The notes under the pieces are model-generated. The model made no database searches. It was given only the letters and a program-made list of their open reading frames with translations, and was not told the origin of the DNA. A stretch of DNA of 64,000 nucleotides from Klebsormidium nitens. Lineage: Eukaryota; Plantae; Klebsormidiophyceae. Below are positions 1 to 13,115 of the stretch, one piece after another. Numbering within the stretch: position 1 is the first letter of the stretch; the number at the start of each line of letters is the position of its first letter. The DNA lies in assembly GCA_000708835.1 (NCBI GenBank), contig DF237156.1, positions 42,686 through 106,685 of the forward strand. The letters are read 5' to 3'. The position numbers and the translations under genes are program-made.

Positions 1-1026
1 AGTAGGCTGTAAATAATGCCCGGTACGGCCCGCGCGGTAGCCTTCGGCTAGTACCGCCAGCTAGGATAAACCTGCCGACGGTGAATTCTTGTAACCTTGA
101 ATTTTCCGAGTACACTCGACGGAGAAAGTACTGCCGCAGTGTACAAGTGCAATTCTGACAGACTTGGACTCGGTCCCTATACGTGGCACTCATCGGACGG
201 TGCCAGCCCCAGCCAGCGGAAAGTTCGGGACCCCGAAATGTACCTAGTTAAAGTGCGCTTTTTGACAACGGGATGGTCAATGTAGTGCCTTTGGATGCTT
301 CAGATTGAGTCCTCACAATAGGACAGCTTCTTGTTCTCCGCATCCTTCTACGTTGAGCTTTGTGTTTTGCAGCTCGTGTTCTGTAAACTTCCTCTTTGGC
401 AGAACTGACCCGTGGCCTTCAAATGTGGCAGCCCCAGGACCCCCCCAGGAAGCCCAGGCCGGCCAGCTGAGGTCAGGAGTTTTGGCGGCTGAATCGAAAA
501 ACTGTACTACGTACTACTTGCGTGAAGCCAGCCCCATCACGGCAGCCGCATATATATGTGCATGCGTATATGCTGTGGTTAAGATAACAAATCCGGTTTC
601 CCCACAGCATTTGTTATCTTGAAGTCACAGGAAAAGCTGCGCTTTGCACGCTGCGCTCGCGACGCCTTTTCTGCCTCCACAACACTCCGTCTTTGTGACA
701 GCAGATATCTACTTTGTATTGTATCATTTGGTAGGCGCGCACAGTGATGGGCGAAAGCGGACGGGACGCGGCCGCCTCAACTCCGGCGAGGTTTCTGGAA
801 TGTGGCGGCGGCCGGGGTTTAACGACATGGGTAGGCACGTGAGTCGGGCAAGGCGGCCGCGGGCGCCGCGAAGTTGTTGAATCATTACTTGAAAGTGGCC
901 GCGGCCGCCGCCACTTCAGAGCTCAGCGCTATCGAAGGGAAATGCCTAGCTGGCCTATGCAGCTATGCTGCATGCATGCTGCCCTATGGCTAGATGCAAA
1001 TTATGTCCTTGAAAGTAAGTTCCAGC

Positions 1027-4000
1027 ATGGCCGTGTTGGGCAATGCTGCGATTTCACTGTTTGTGGCTCTTGCTGCATGGGCCTTTCTCGCATTGCCAGA
1101 AAGAAGCGATGGAAGCAGCGTGTTCCAGATTGTCCATGGCAGCAAGGATCTGCTTTCGGTGAGACGCGCTGCCTATTATGGACTTTCTTTTAAGCTGTCA
1201 TACTTCAGTGGAAAAGCTGGTGATCGCTCACAGGATTGCTAACGTGGAATACAGCTCTATTGTTGGACGCCGCTTGTTCTGCCCCAGCTACAGAAATTTA
1301 GAGCCTTTCACATGGCCTGGCTGTAAATTGCATTGGCAAGGTTCTGAATGTTCTTTTGCTGTGGTGTAACATCGCAGTGAGCTGCAAAAGTGTTGCCTTT
1401 CCACGTGACTTGGATTGTGTGGACAGATAGATGGATACAGCAACATTTCAAGAGAACCACCCAAACAGATTGGCCAGCATCACGCTAAGACGGCTCCCAA
1501 AACATTACCTTGCATATCTTTGGACTTCTTTCTGTATCTTCTCCACGTCCAAGCTCTTATCATTCTGGACAAGAGGAGAAATGCCATATGGCTTGCAATG
1601 TTAAGACATTAAAGGAGGGCACGCCGAAGGAATGAATCAGTACATCTTTTGCAGACCTGCGGCCTGTTGAGCGAGGATGAGTTCACACTGTATAGTCAGC
1701 GCGTTGTGACCCCACATGGGGTGATCCCTGCAGCAGGTGAGTATTCATGACCATATTTTGAGAAATTTCTATTCCTTTTCTTTTCCTTGAGAGCCTTGTC
1801 GCTGAGGATTCAGTATGCGTCTTGAAAATGTCAATCTGGCCCTCAGTTTGGCCCCTCGGTTTTCAGCTCCTCCGTTGCCTGCCTAGACATGTTTTTACAA
1901 TCGTTGAGCTTATACTAGACAGCCTCAGTGTAGGACCATCCCATGCATCTGGCTGTCTGGTTGATCCCAATCGAGGAGGCTGTTCATATGAGACTCCAGA
2001 TGATTGAATTCGCCTCAGGAACCACTTCCTGTTTCTTCACTAGCTCCTTGCATTTTTTTTTGTAGAAATGAAATCGGTTGCCCTCCTCTCCGCAACTTCT
2101 TCACTGCCTATTTGCCTGTCAGTGCGATCCTCCCGCTGTGGCTCTGAAAAGTGTAGTACTGCCAAATGCTTCATGTAAGCAGAGTGTGCTTTCCTGATGC
2201 CAATCGCTTTGCAGTGCATGTCAGAGGGGGGGTGATCCAATCAGTCATCTCCAGCCCCAACGGCCCCCCAGACGGTCCTTTTCCTGTGCACGACTACGGG
2301 AGATCTGTCATCATGCCTGGACTGATCGACTCGTAAGCGAGACTCCACTTGAATATTACTTTTGTCAAAGACTTCGTTGGAGAATTCAACGATGTCCCTC
2401 CTTTGTCAGCAAGATCCTCCAGATGCGAGATGCAGAAAATTCTGTGACATGGCACGGTCACCTTGATTTGAGTCCTGCTTGAAAGAATCAGATTGTATCC
2501 ATTCCTTTGAGGCGTTCTTTGCCCTGTTGCTTTAATCTAAAAGCCATCTGCATTTCACGAGATTTACCAGGTTGAAATAATTGGATGCAGGCACGTGCAT
2601 ATGAATGAGCCTGGAAGGACAGACTGGGAGGGGATGGCCACTGGGACTCAGGCAGCGGCCGCGGGTGAGTTGCACGCTCAAACTCATAAGTTAAGTTCCC
2701 TGGTCAAGACAATAAGGGTTGACCACAACTTGCCGTTTGCTATCTGAGAGTGGCATTGTTGGTATTTGCGCTCCTGCTGGGGTTTTGGAGCTCGTAGCCG
2801 ATTGCCTTGTGTTACTGCTGAGATTCTTTGAAAATCTTGACAATGTGGAAGTGTGCCTCCTTCCGTGAGGCCTTTTGAGATCCAGACACCGATGACTCTT
2901 CCTTAGAAAGCCCGAGAAGCGCTACAAGTGGAAATGCTGGGCCCCTCGACTGCAAAGCGGGTTTGACTGTGCAGAGTCGTTGGGTAAAGAAACCTTCAAA
3001 AGTCGTTCAAGGTGGTCGTCGCAATCAGAGTATGAACAATCTAAAAAGCCTTCGTTTTACTATTCAAAGCATTGCAAGAGAATCTCTGAGCGCTTCAAGA
3101 GCTCCACATGTTCACCTAACGAAACCGTCCACTTCGGTTCAAGGAAGAATCGAGTCTCGCAGAGTGCCTGCCAAGGGCCTTGAATGGATACCGATTTTTC
3201 TGCAGGCGGTTTCTCCACTGTGGTGGACATGCCGCTGAATAACATTCCCATAACCACGACGCCCGAGGCCTTGGCCGTCAAGGTGCGTAGTCCTCTCACT
3301 TCCTCCGTGTCAGTCATCAGAGGATCGTTCTGAATCTGATGAACGACCTAAGGAGGATTCTGCTAGCCGGCGGCTTGTCCTCGCAAAAGGAAGTGTTATG
3401 ACAATCCTCGTTTGATTGTTCGGAATGAAAGTTTGACATTAATGTCGTGAGTCTTGGCTAATGATCGCACAGAAGTTGTTGCTCTGCAGTTGAAAGCTGC
3501 GGAGGGCAAACTTTCTGTGGACGTCGGTGAGCTTTTCTGCTCTCGTTCTAACCATCATTTGCGGAATGATTCCCGGCAGACGCCTGAAGCCATCCAGTCT
3601 CAGCGGACGGTGATGTTGTCTCGAGTGAATGGTCTGCTTTTCATGGCTTTGTACAGGCCTTAGGTGTCACTTGCTCGGTAGGGAGTTCACTCCTTGCTCC
3701 TCCATTCAGCAAAACGGTTCATAAAACGATCGACAGGTTTGTCACTGTCCGAAGGCAGGATTGGGGTTTGCAAATCTGGGACTCCTTCTTCGAAGCACTA
3801 TAAATTTTCTCTGCTGATTTAAGAGAAGGTGAACTAAATGCGTTCTGTGTCTTGCAGGCTTTTGGGGAGGGCTGACTCCAGAGAACGCCGTCAACGAAAC
3901 GAAGCTCTCGGAGCTGCTCGAAGCCGGAGTCCTCGGTCTGAAAGTGAGCACGCTCGATACCTTGATTCGCATCTCAAGCTCTGTCGCAAGGTCTGGTCAA

Positions 4001-7000
4001 AAACTTCAGCTCCTACTGCAGTCGGATGCAATGAATACGCTTTGGTTCCCGGCATTATACTGAGCTCTCACCCAAAGCCCGGTCCCTTCGACGACGTTTT
4101 CCATTTCCATTCTAGAGTGGACTCTTCTCCTTCGCTCAGTGGGTTATCCGAGTTAGAGTGTCAGACGTTGCTGTAGCTAGATTACAGAGATAGGTAGTAT
4201 CTCAGACTGGATGTTTGAATTCCACCGAATTCTGTGTTGACACCGTTCGGGCCCATACGCAAGCTACGGTCCTTATAATAGGAGTATGAATGAATGATTG
4301 AATGAACTCTGGGATCATCCGCCCGCTTCTCGGCACGGGCTTGTGAGGGCTCGTTTTGTGCACTCCCCGAAGATGTTCGACGCTGGTGGACCGTGCCTTT
4401 CTACTTGTTTGCCCTTGTCAACACAGTTTGCCTTTTAAGGACAAATCGTTTTCGTTGTGATAAAAGGGCTCACAAAATATAAGCTGGGTCACGCTTTTCC
4501 CTTTTCTTGTCAGAACACCCTTTTTGCCAGTTGCTTGAGGGGATGACAAACATCAACTCACAAAGAGCTTTGCTCTGAGGAAAAAAAGGATGAAAAAGAA
4601 GAGAAAAGGGTCTGGCGACCACTGACGCCCGCATGCCAGTGCTCAGGTCGCCCCGCATGGGTCCACGTGCTCGACCGCAGACAAAAAGCCATTTCGTCGA
4701 TGACGTGTGCAGAGTATGTCCGCGCATTCGCCCTTTTTTAAGTCTGATTTGCTTTTTGCAGGCCTTTCTTTGTCCTTCCGGTACCGAGTTCCCTCAGACC
4801 ACTCCTCAGCAGATTGAGGTAAGCGGTTTCGAGAACGACGCCTGTGGGTTTGAGCGAGTGACATGTGAATGCCCAAAAGGCTATTTTGGAGAGTTACGAC
4901 CTAGGTAAAGTCTAGCGCAGAATGTCCAATCGTTTATCGGACTCGTGTCTTCTGGGGAGCGTTGTGCCGAAAGAACGATGAAGATGGTGCCGTCTGGTCG
5001 GGTCACCGCAAATCGTTGTTCTTCCAGATAAACGAGAACCTTATAAGGGGGCTTTTTTGTTGTCAAGGGGGCGGAGAAAAACCGATGAAAGGCGGACCGC
5101 AGGTTTGTCCTTTGTGTTTAGACAAAGTGATTGGACAGAGACATCCCAGGGACACCTCACGAGCTGGAGTGTGAACGATGGCTTCATTTTCTTTCTCGGG
5201 CTTGTCCAGGATTCTCAAGAATGATAATAAGAAGCCATGATAATAGTATGCTCCGATAAACACTAGACACCCTGACCTAGACACATGTTTGTTCCTCACC
5301 CCTATCCTCCTAAAAACCCCCAAAAAATCTTAACGATCCTGATGCGGTTACCTTTCCATTCTCTTCGCTTGCTACTGTCTTTTGTCGGACATCGATTCTG
5401 GTCCGAATGCAGTCCGCTTTGCCGGTTCTCGGACGATACGGCCTACCATTACTGGTCCATTCGGAGCTGCCCATGCCGGTCCCCAAGCCATCCGGTTCCC
5501 CCCAAAAGTACGAAACGTACCTTAAGACGAAACCGCCTGAGGGGTGAGATTACCGCTCGAGATCATTGTTGATATGCTCGCTGATCTTTTCCTATGTCTC
5601 TGTCGCCCATTGCCTTTGCTATGATCCGCTATTGTCCTCAGACCACAACACTGATGTTGCGTCACTATCAGATCATCAGGGGAAAGTTCCGTGTACATAA
5701 AATATGAGAAGGTTGGCGCATGCGAGGCCACTCTTACTCTTGCCCTGTAGTGGTTCACCGGGCAATCCGGGTTAGGACTTGTACGAAGCTTACTTGGTAG
5801 CAAGCAATTAGTAGGTGCTTTCAACAGAGCCCGGCCTGATACACTCATAAGTATCAGCGCTTTCAGTAAATATAATGTCGCGTACTTTCCTTCTCCCGGG
5901 CCCCGCTTTGCGTTATTTCTCTCAACGCCTAGCACGACTCTTGCTCAACGGCTGCGGAACTAACTTTACTGACTAGAGAGTACTGTGGCAGTGGCGTCAA
6001 TGATTATCCGAATTGCTTCTTGCAATTAGTCGAATTGTCCCTTCTCTGACCCGTGCAATGCAGAATTCTCAAGAAAGATAATGATAAGCCAAGATATAAT
6101 AAGCTCCGCTAACAATAAGAACCCTAACCCAAAAAGATACCTGCTCCGCACCCATACCCAAACCAACCCTACCCGTCCCAGTGCGGTTACCTTCTTCTTA
6201 TCTTGACTTATTAGTATCTTTCTTGAGTTGAATGTGCATTGTCACCGCAGGGAGAGAGCCGCCATTGCGGCCCTTATCGCAGCCTCCCGATCAAGCCCCG
6301 CCGCCGCCAAGGCGCACATTCACATCGTCCACTTGGCAGACGCCGAGAGCCTCGCCGTCATTAATGCCGCACGTGCGACCGGCGCCAATCTGACGGTCGA
6401 GACGTGCAATCATTACATCACCTTTGCGGCGGAGGACATCCCCGATAAGCACACGGAATACAAGTGCGCGCCGCCGATAAGGGACTGCGCGAACCGGGAT
6501 AAGCTATGGGAAGGGCTGCGCAGCGGGGGGATCGACCAGCTGGCGTCGGACCACTCGCCGTCCCCCCCGGAGCGGAAGTTTCTGAAGGAAGGGGACTTCC
6601 TCCGAGCGTGGGGGGGAATCTCGTCGATTGGGGTAAGTCTCCGGCTCTTCATTTTGGCCTCTTGCAGCTAGAGAGCTAAAGTTGGCAGAACGATGGACAA
6701 GAATGAACTCGTGCATTGTTGGCGCAGACAGGAACCCGCAAAGATCGTGCCCAATGCCATTTTTGGGTCGTCTGCTAATTCTTCGCTTTGAATGTTGAAA
6801 CCGGAACACTTTCTGAGGCCCGTATTTCTCCGGCGAACTGCCTGCGTATGTGCGACTTCGCTGCGTTCTTTCAGCGGCTCCTTTCTTTAGGAATGAACGA
6901 TTGGCTCCATTAACGGGTTCGTAGATGTGAAATGGTGACCTTTATCTCTGCTATGCATTACAAACGAATCTCTAGAGTCGAACGCTCTGGAACGAAGCCC

Positions 7001-8809
7001 TTTGGCTGGTGCCCCAAATGCTTCTAGCTCCACAGAAGAAGGACTGCCAGAGTTGCTTGGAGTCCGCGCGACGCTGTATATTTCGAGATCTGCATGAAAC
7101 AAAGGTAGGCCGCCAAGTAATGTCATCCTTGTAATCGTAGGCTGCTAGAAATATCATCCTTGTAAAGGTAGGCTGCTAAGTGACGTCATCCTTGTGCAGC
7201 TCGGACTGCCCGTGACGTGGACGCGGGCGAAAGCAGTGGACGCGACACTCGAGGACGTCGCGCGGTGGTGGAGCGCAGCGCCTGCGAAGCTGGCCGGCTT
7301 GAAACGCAAGGTGAGCCAGAAGTCAAGATAAGCGGGCGCTAACACCGATTCATGCCCAGCTGATTTGGAGCGCAAGGTGCACCGGTATCAAAGATAACTG
7401 GGCCCGCTAACACTGGGTTACACTCGAGGTCAAGGTGGTTGGGTGCCTAAAAGTGAGTCATAGTGGTGGGTATGGCTCGGTGGTTAGCGCGCTTGTTAAC
7501 CTTGATGAACGCCCACTTTCCTTACCACCTCTTTTTTGTCCACCTGTTATGAAGTGTTCCGGCGCTGAAGGTTCTGCTGGACGATTTTGCTTACACTTCA
7601 GAGGATCGAGATCTCTTGCACTGATGGGTTCTTGTCAGGTCCAAACCTCTCTGAAAAGGTTCCGTAGTTCTGCGACTTCCGACCGTTAAACACCGCAGTA
7701 CAGGCGCTCTGACCGTTGCAGAAATGTGCTCCGAACATCACTGTGGGAGAAATGTGATGTTGATATCCAGATTCTCCGGCGGACTCAGGGTTGGATATCT
7801 GACTAGACGGATTGCACGTGCGTAATTGTGTGTGTCTGAAAAGGTGGACAAAACTTTTCAAGAAAGAAGTCTGATCTCTGCAGCCCGCAAGGCAGAGACT
7901 TTGTATGCCGAAGCCCTCAGTGAAGCGGCGAAGAGTCGAGCACGACTGAAGCCTTTGTTTGTTTATTGCCGTGCAGGGCTCCATCGAAGCAGGCAAAGAC
8001 GCGGACTTCGTCATCTGGGACCCGGAGGCTGTGTATACCATTACCGAGGACATGATCTATTTCAAACACAAGGTGGGTGACGGTCCACATTCGGACTCAC
8101 TTTCTTGTACCTCGTGCGATTTTTCAGGCTGATGAACCAGCTTGCAGCTCCTAAGGTTCTAGGCTGCTTCCCTGCATTCTCTTGGATTGGCCGAGAACCG
8201 AGGAAGCTTCGTTAGGTGGTGTCAAGCGGATCCGCTCGGGCCGCTTGATGCGCGGGCCGTTCGTTGGCCTGTTGCAAACTGACGGAATACAGAGAAGGGG
8301 AGCCGAGCCGAAAGGCGCCACGAGGCCGTGCAGCACAAACTTGGTGCTCTGCCGTAATCCAACTTCAGGGTCTCTTCTCATGATATTCTTCTGAGATGCG
8401 GGCCTGTTGGCAAGTCGGTTGAACGATTGTGCCGTTGCGCCACCACTGCCTTAGGAAAGCACACAAGCAGATGCATTGCGCACCGTTGGATAATCGTTTC
8501 AGTACTCGGTGCTTGGTTTACCATTTCAATTTCTCATCAGGATGTTAGCGTGCCAACACATTTTTGGTGAATAGCGAAGCTACGGCTCCAATTCTATCCA
8601 GTTCCCCACTGAAGAGGTTGACTTATGTGCGCTCTTTATCTTTTCTCCAGCTGACGCCCTACACGGGCATGGAAGTGAGCGGCAAGGTGGAGCACACTTT
8701 TGTCCGCGGTCAGTTGGTGTTTTCCAAGGGCGAGTTTCCGACTACGCTCTGCGGGCAGCCGATCCTTCAGTTTCCGCACAAGAAGTTCAGGGCAGCGGCC
8801 AGTGCTTGA
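1027..8809 (+). CDS. ALN: Allantoinase (amidohydrolase superfamily), 13 exons, N-terminal hydrophobic signal/anchor
   Basis: Phase-consistent GT-AG exons: 1027-1158, 1655-1736, 2215-2332, 2591-2664, 3206-3282, 3490-3526, 3858-3943, 4762-4818, 5413-5543, 6251-6632, 7200-7310, 7977-8072, 8651-8809. Motifs [76 protein letters not shown] and [11 protein letters not shown] match plant and bacterial allantoinases. In-frame ATGs at 994 and 1003 are alternative starts. Confidence 0.95.
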
Positions 8810-10042
8810 ACGTGCAGTGTGTTTGCAAGTGTAGCTTGTAGGAAATTGTCTAGTATGTACTTAGGTGTTGGAAATGCAGCTGCATTCTGGATCAAGATAG
8901 ATCTGCTTTTGTGTTGCGGAAAGACGGCGGTATTTGACGCCTTGCCGAAGGTCAAGTGTAAATTATGATGCAAGGTGGACTTTGCGCGTTGGTTGTGCAG
9001 CTAAAAATTGGCGGACTGCTTCGTTCGATAAGTTTTCAGCTCTGATGCAGTATCAATGTACATTGGGGATGCTTTGTGTGCATGTGCGAGGAGTACGGTA
9101 CCAATCTATTTAATCAGTTATCGATTTCATGGTACTGGTTGTATTATATGGACGATCATACGTGGGGGCGCGTATTCTTCACTCGAAATTATTCTACATA
9201 TACGGGTACAAGAAATATAGTACGACTATTCGACTCACGCACGACGGACAACGACGTACAGTATAAACCAGACTCACGATCGGATCGACATGGAGCTGAC
9301 GTACAGCTAGGCGAACAAATTCAAATTTGCAATCCAAATTTGCAATCAAAGTTTGCAATCTAACTTATGATCTTACGGAGCATAGCACACATCCGAGTCT
9401 TGAGACAGGTATCATAGTACGATTTTATTCAACGTTCAACCCGCCATGTGATGAACAATTAGTTTTCTACCATGTCCGGAGGCGTCCGCTCAGCATGCGG
9501 AATCGTCCGACGATCCGCGCTCATGCACTCCCTAGCTTCGGACGCGCCCCAGCCAAAAGCATTAACAAGGCGGCGGGCATACGTGGCCAGACGGACTGAA
9601 TGTCAGATTGAATCTCATAAAACGAACACGACCTGTCCGTATGACTCTTTACTGATTCAGAGAACAGTATGCGACTCGACTGCAATCGAAAATTCCATCA
9701 GTCTAAAGATCAAGTCGGATCAAATCTACCCAATGGAATCGTTGCGTTCGTGGTCAAATTGCATCAACGTCTTTGTCAACTAATGCAGTAGACATGGTCA
9801 TATGACGGACGACCTGCCCGATCGGCTCCTGGGGCAGTACGTCGAACGAGTTTCGGCGAGTCTCGACCTGGAGAAAGGGAGAGAAAGAGCACCTCAGCCT
9901 CTGGCCAAGCTGGGGACATCATTAAAGAATAGCGAGGCAACGACCGAGCAAAGTTAAGGAGATTAAGAAGCCACTGGCGTGCAGGCAGACTACTTACATG
10001 GCGCCAAAGCCCTGAGAAAGCAAATGAGAGACCTCCGAAAGG

Positions 10043-11160
10043 GACCAGACGCTTCGTCCCCGGATGTCCGAACAAGGCCTTACATCTTCTTCGAGGAGCG
10101 TAAACGCACTCTCCAAACGCCTTGCCGGCCAGAGCCATTGCAGGTCAGCTGTCTGGGGCCAACAGACAGAAGGCATCGACGATTGAAGAAACTCATAAAG
10201 TCCCACAACAACTTGGCCAATCTAAGGCACATACAGGCAGACTATTTCAAGAGAACTAGGTACGAGAGCTCTAAGAATAACCAGGTACGAGAGGCGGAAG
10301 CCGCACAGCACAGACTACAGCGGATCAGCGCATCATCTTGAAACTTCGAATACTGAACAAAACCAAGTGAACAAAACAAATCGACAGGACCAGACGCGTC
10401 GTCCCCGGATAGCCAAACAAGGCCTTACATCTTCCCTGAGGAGCGTAAACGCACTCTCCAAACGCCTTGCCGGCCAGACCCATTGCAGGTCAGCTGTCTG
10501 GGCCGAAAAAGTGAAGGCAGCGACCAGCAAAAATTCATGAAGTCCCAAAAGAACTTTACCACTTAAAGAGCACTTGCAGTCTGACTTGTTCGAGAGAACT
10601 AGGTACGAGCGCTCTGCACACAACTAGGTACGAGAGGCGAAAGATGCACAGCACAGACTACATAGCGCAGCATCGCATCATTCTAAAACTTGGAAAATTG
10701 AACAAAACCAAGTGAACAAAACAAAAATACAAAGGACCAGACGCGTCGTCCCCGGATGTCCAAACAAGGCCTTACATTTTCCTTGAGAAGCGTAAACGCA
10801 CCCTCCAAATGCCTTGCCGGCCAGAGCCATTGCAGGTCAGCTGTTTGGGCCAACAGACAAAAGGCGTCGACCAGCAAAAACCCATAAAGTCCCAAAACAA
10901 CCCAAAACAACTCGACCACTCAAAGAGCAGTTGCAGGCTGACTTTTTCGAGAAACTAGGTACGAGCGCTCTGCACACAACTAGGTACGAGAGGCGAAAGC
11001 TGCACAGCACAGACTACAGCGCATCATCGCATCATCCTCAAACTTCGAACATTGGAAAAAAACAAGTGAACAAAAGAAATCTACAGGACCAGACGCGTCC
11101 TCTCCGGATGTCCGAACAAGGCCTTACATCTTCTTCGAGGAGCGTAAACGCACTCTCCAA
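10043..11160. repeat. Tandem array, ~345-352 bp unit, about 3.2 copies; three units carry a 69-nt minus-strand exon-like segment
   Basis: Unit starts GACCAGACG(C/G)..TCGTCCCCGGAT at 10043, 10388, 10735 and 11087. On the minus strand: polypyrimidine-CCCAG | TADLQW(L/V)WPARRLESAFTLL(E/R)ED | GTAAGG. Confidence 0.9.
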
Positions 11161-12659
11161 TACGAACTTTGTGAAGAGATTCTTGAGATGCAGGCTGGCA
11201 AGCCGAGTGGGGCTTTTATCAGTGAGTCACAATTCGGTCATGCTTTTGATGCATAATAATTACGGCAGTGCTTGGATTATGCTCTCGCAATTTGAGTACG
11301 TGGACGGTGCGCATGCATTCTCTTGTTGAAACGTCATGCATGTGTATCGTGGCCTCAAGTTAAAACAAGGAATGATGGTTGACGGCGGAGTTGCGATAGT
11401 ATGTCCAATTGACTGGACTCAATCAAACCGACTCAATTGATGATCTGTCGCGTCTCATGCTGATTCGGCGACAGCTTTGGTGGCTGTTCTTTCGCATGTT
11501 GTCAGGCTAGTGACAATTAAAGGTCGGACGTCAAGACCGGATCGGTTGAGGAAGACCTTATATACGTGCATGTACGGTACCGCAGTACCAACTTATGAAA
11601 GATATAAGGAACTTCTCGCGCTGCGACCATCTTCTGCAACCTATCAAGGAAGCATGTTACGCCCTGGGAGGTCATCGCCCAAACATTTGCAAGCATTCGC
11701 TCATGCAGTGAATTCCGGGCCTTCTCCTGATCGTGGTGCTAGGACGATGTTAGCCTGAAATCAGCAACAAATGATTCCTTAAGGTTATTCCTAGCTTCGA
11801 ACATGTAATTTCTCCGCTAAATGCATGGGTCGCCAATATTAGCGAAACGATCAATGCGCTGAGTAAGAAAGAAGTAACAAAAAGCTGAGCCTTTACCCAT
11901 CCTTTACCCAGCCACGTCCACCGGCCCTGAGTCCTTATCACAAGCCACAAGCTTTGCCGGTCGGTTTAACTTAAGGGCGGTACCGGTCTTGAACTATGAA
12001 TCTGGACGCGAGTTAAGAGCGGTGCCGGTCTTGAACGTTACCTGCTTTCATACCGGCGGCGCTATTCATATAGAAGCGGTTTGAGAGCGCCGTCACTCTA
12101 AACGCACATGCTGAAATTAAGGGCGATCTTGGCTGTAATGTCTGGTTTTTAAAATTGGAACGTACTTCAAACGCGCAAATAAAGAGTGCTAAGAACCTTA
12201 AAACAGATTTGAACGGAGTTGGTGGTATTTTTAAAGTGCGGTCCTACACTAGCATAATGTTCTATCTCATTGGGTGCGCCTACAATACTCTCACATGCTT
12301 CTGATAACTCTATTTTAAGCGAGCAAATTGACAAATAGGGGCCTACAGCTAGCGGAGTCCTAACCATAAGCTGCGTAAGTGCTTACACTCTTCACGTCCT
12401 TGGAAGATGACCTCGCCTCGACTGCCTTGCTTTTCCGCAACGCGAGAGAACATGCTCTGATTGTGGATCCATGTTGATGCTCAAGGTCATGTCCTGACCT
12501 GCAGAACATAAAAATTTGCGTTTATGCTCCGAACCAATCAATGCACGTTCGACAAAAGATTTGGACGAAGGTTTGAGCGCAATGGACGGAGCGACCTGCT
12601 TCCTGGAAGTCGTTCTGCTTCACCACTGGCGGAACTCGCCCGTTACTAGAAGTACCGAG

Positions 12660-13115
12660 CAGATATGACGTCAGCAGCTGTTTCAATGTTGCCTTGTATG
12701 CGCGCGTGCGAGAAGGGGCGCGGCCCAAAAAGCCGATCCGAGTCTGCTCCCAGCCACAGGTCGCTCGCGCTCGCAGAAGTACTCAAACGAACATGACGTC
12801 AGTAAGTCCGCGAACGAAGATGACGTCAGCAAAGGCGGAATTCTCTGCAGCGGTTTCGATCGAGCCAGCCCGAGTTCATGCGCGCAGGGGAGAGGCGCGG
12901 CCCAGAAAGACGTCTTGCTCCACGGCATCGGCCCCTCACTCACGCTTGCAAAGCTGCGCAAGCGAAGGTGACGTCAGCTTAGGCGAAAAGGGAAAAGCGG
13001 CTTTGGTCGAACCATTCCGTAATTACGCGCTCGCGGGAGGGGCGTTGCCCAAGAAGACGTTCTGCTCCACGCCCACCGGCCGCTCGCGCTCGCAGAAGTA
13101 CGCAAGCGAAAAGAC
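12660..13115 (-). repeat. Degenerate triplication of a terminal-exon-like segment (FCERERPVGVEQNVFLG-like)
   Basis: Three related ~100-bp GC-rich blocks near 12700-12800, 12880-12976 and 13020-13115. Two are preceded on the minus strand by CTGACGTCA plus an acceptor-like sequence. The third copy has almost all G/C third positions. Confidence 0.6.

Noticed and set aside
1-290. Possible CACTA terminus (TGTAGTG at 281-287)
   Set aside because: Only 7 bp match, with no subterminal repeats, partner end or transposase visible in the window.
97-880. Short ORFs upstream of allantoinase
   Set aside because: No recognisable motifs, codon bias or splice-consistent chain; treated as intergenic or promoter DNA.
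9322-9360. 13-bp tandem repeat CAAATTTGCAATC x3, and similar short arrays (14941, 33985)
   Set aside because: Ordinary slippage-type minisatellites with no link to a gene feature.
10043-11160. CRISPR-like or prokaryotic repeat array
   Set aside because: Units are ~350 bp, diverged along their whole length, have no unique spacers and no cas genes nearby, and the DNA is eukaryotic.
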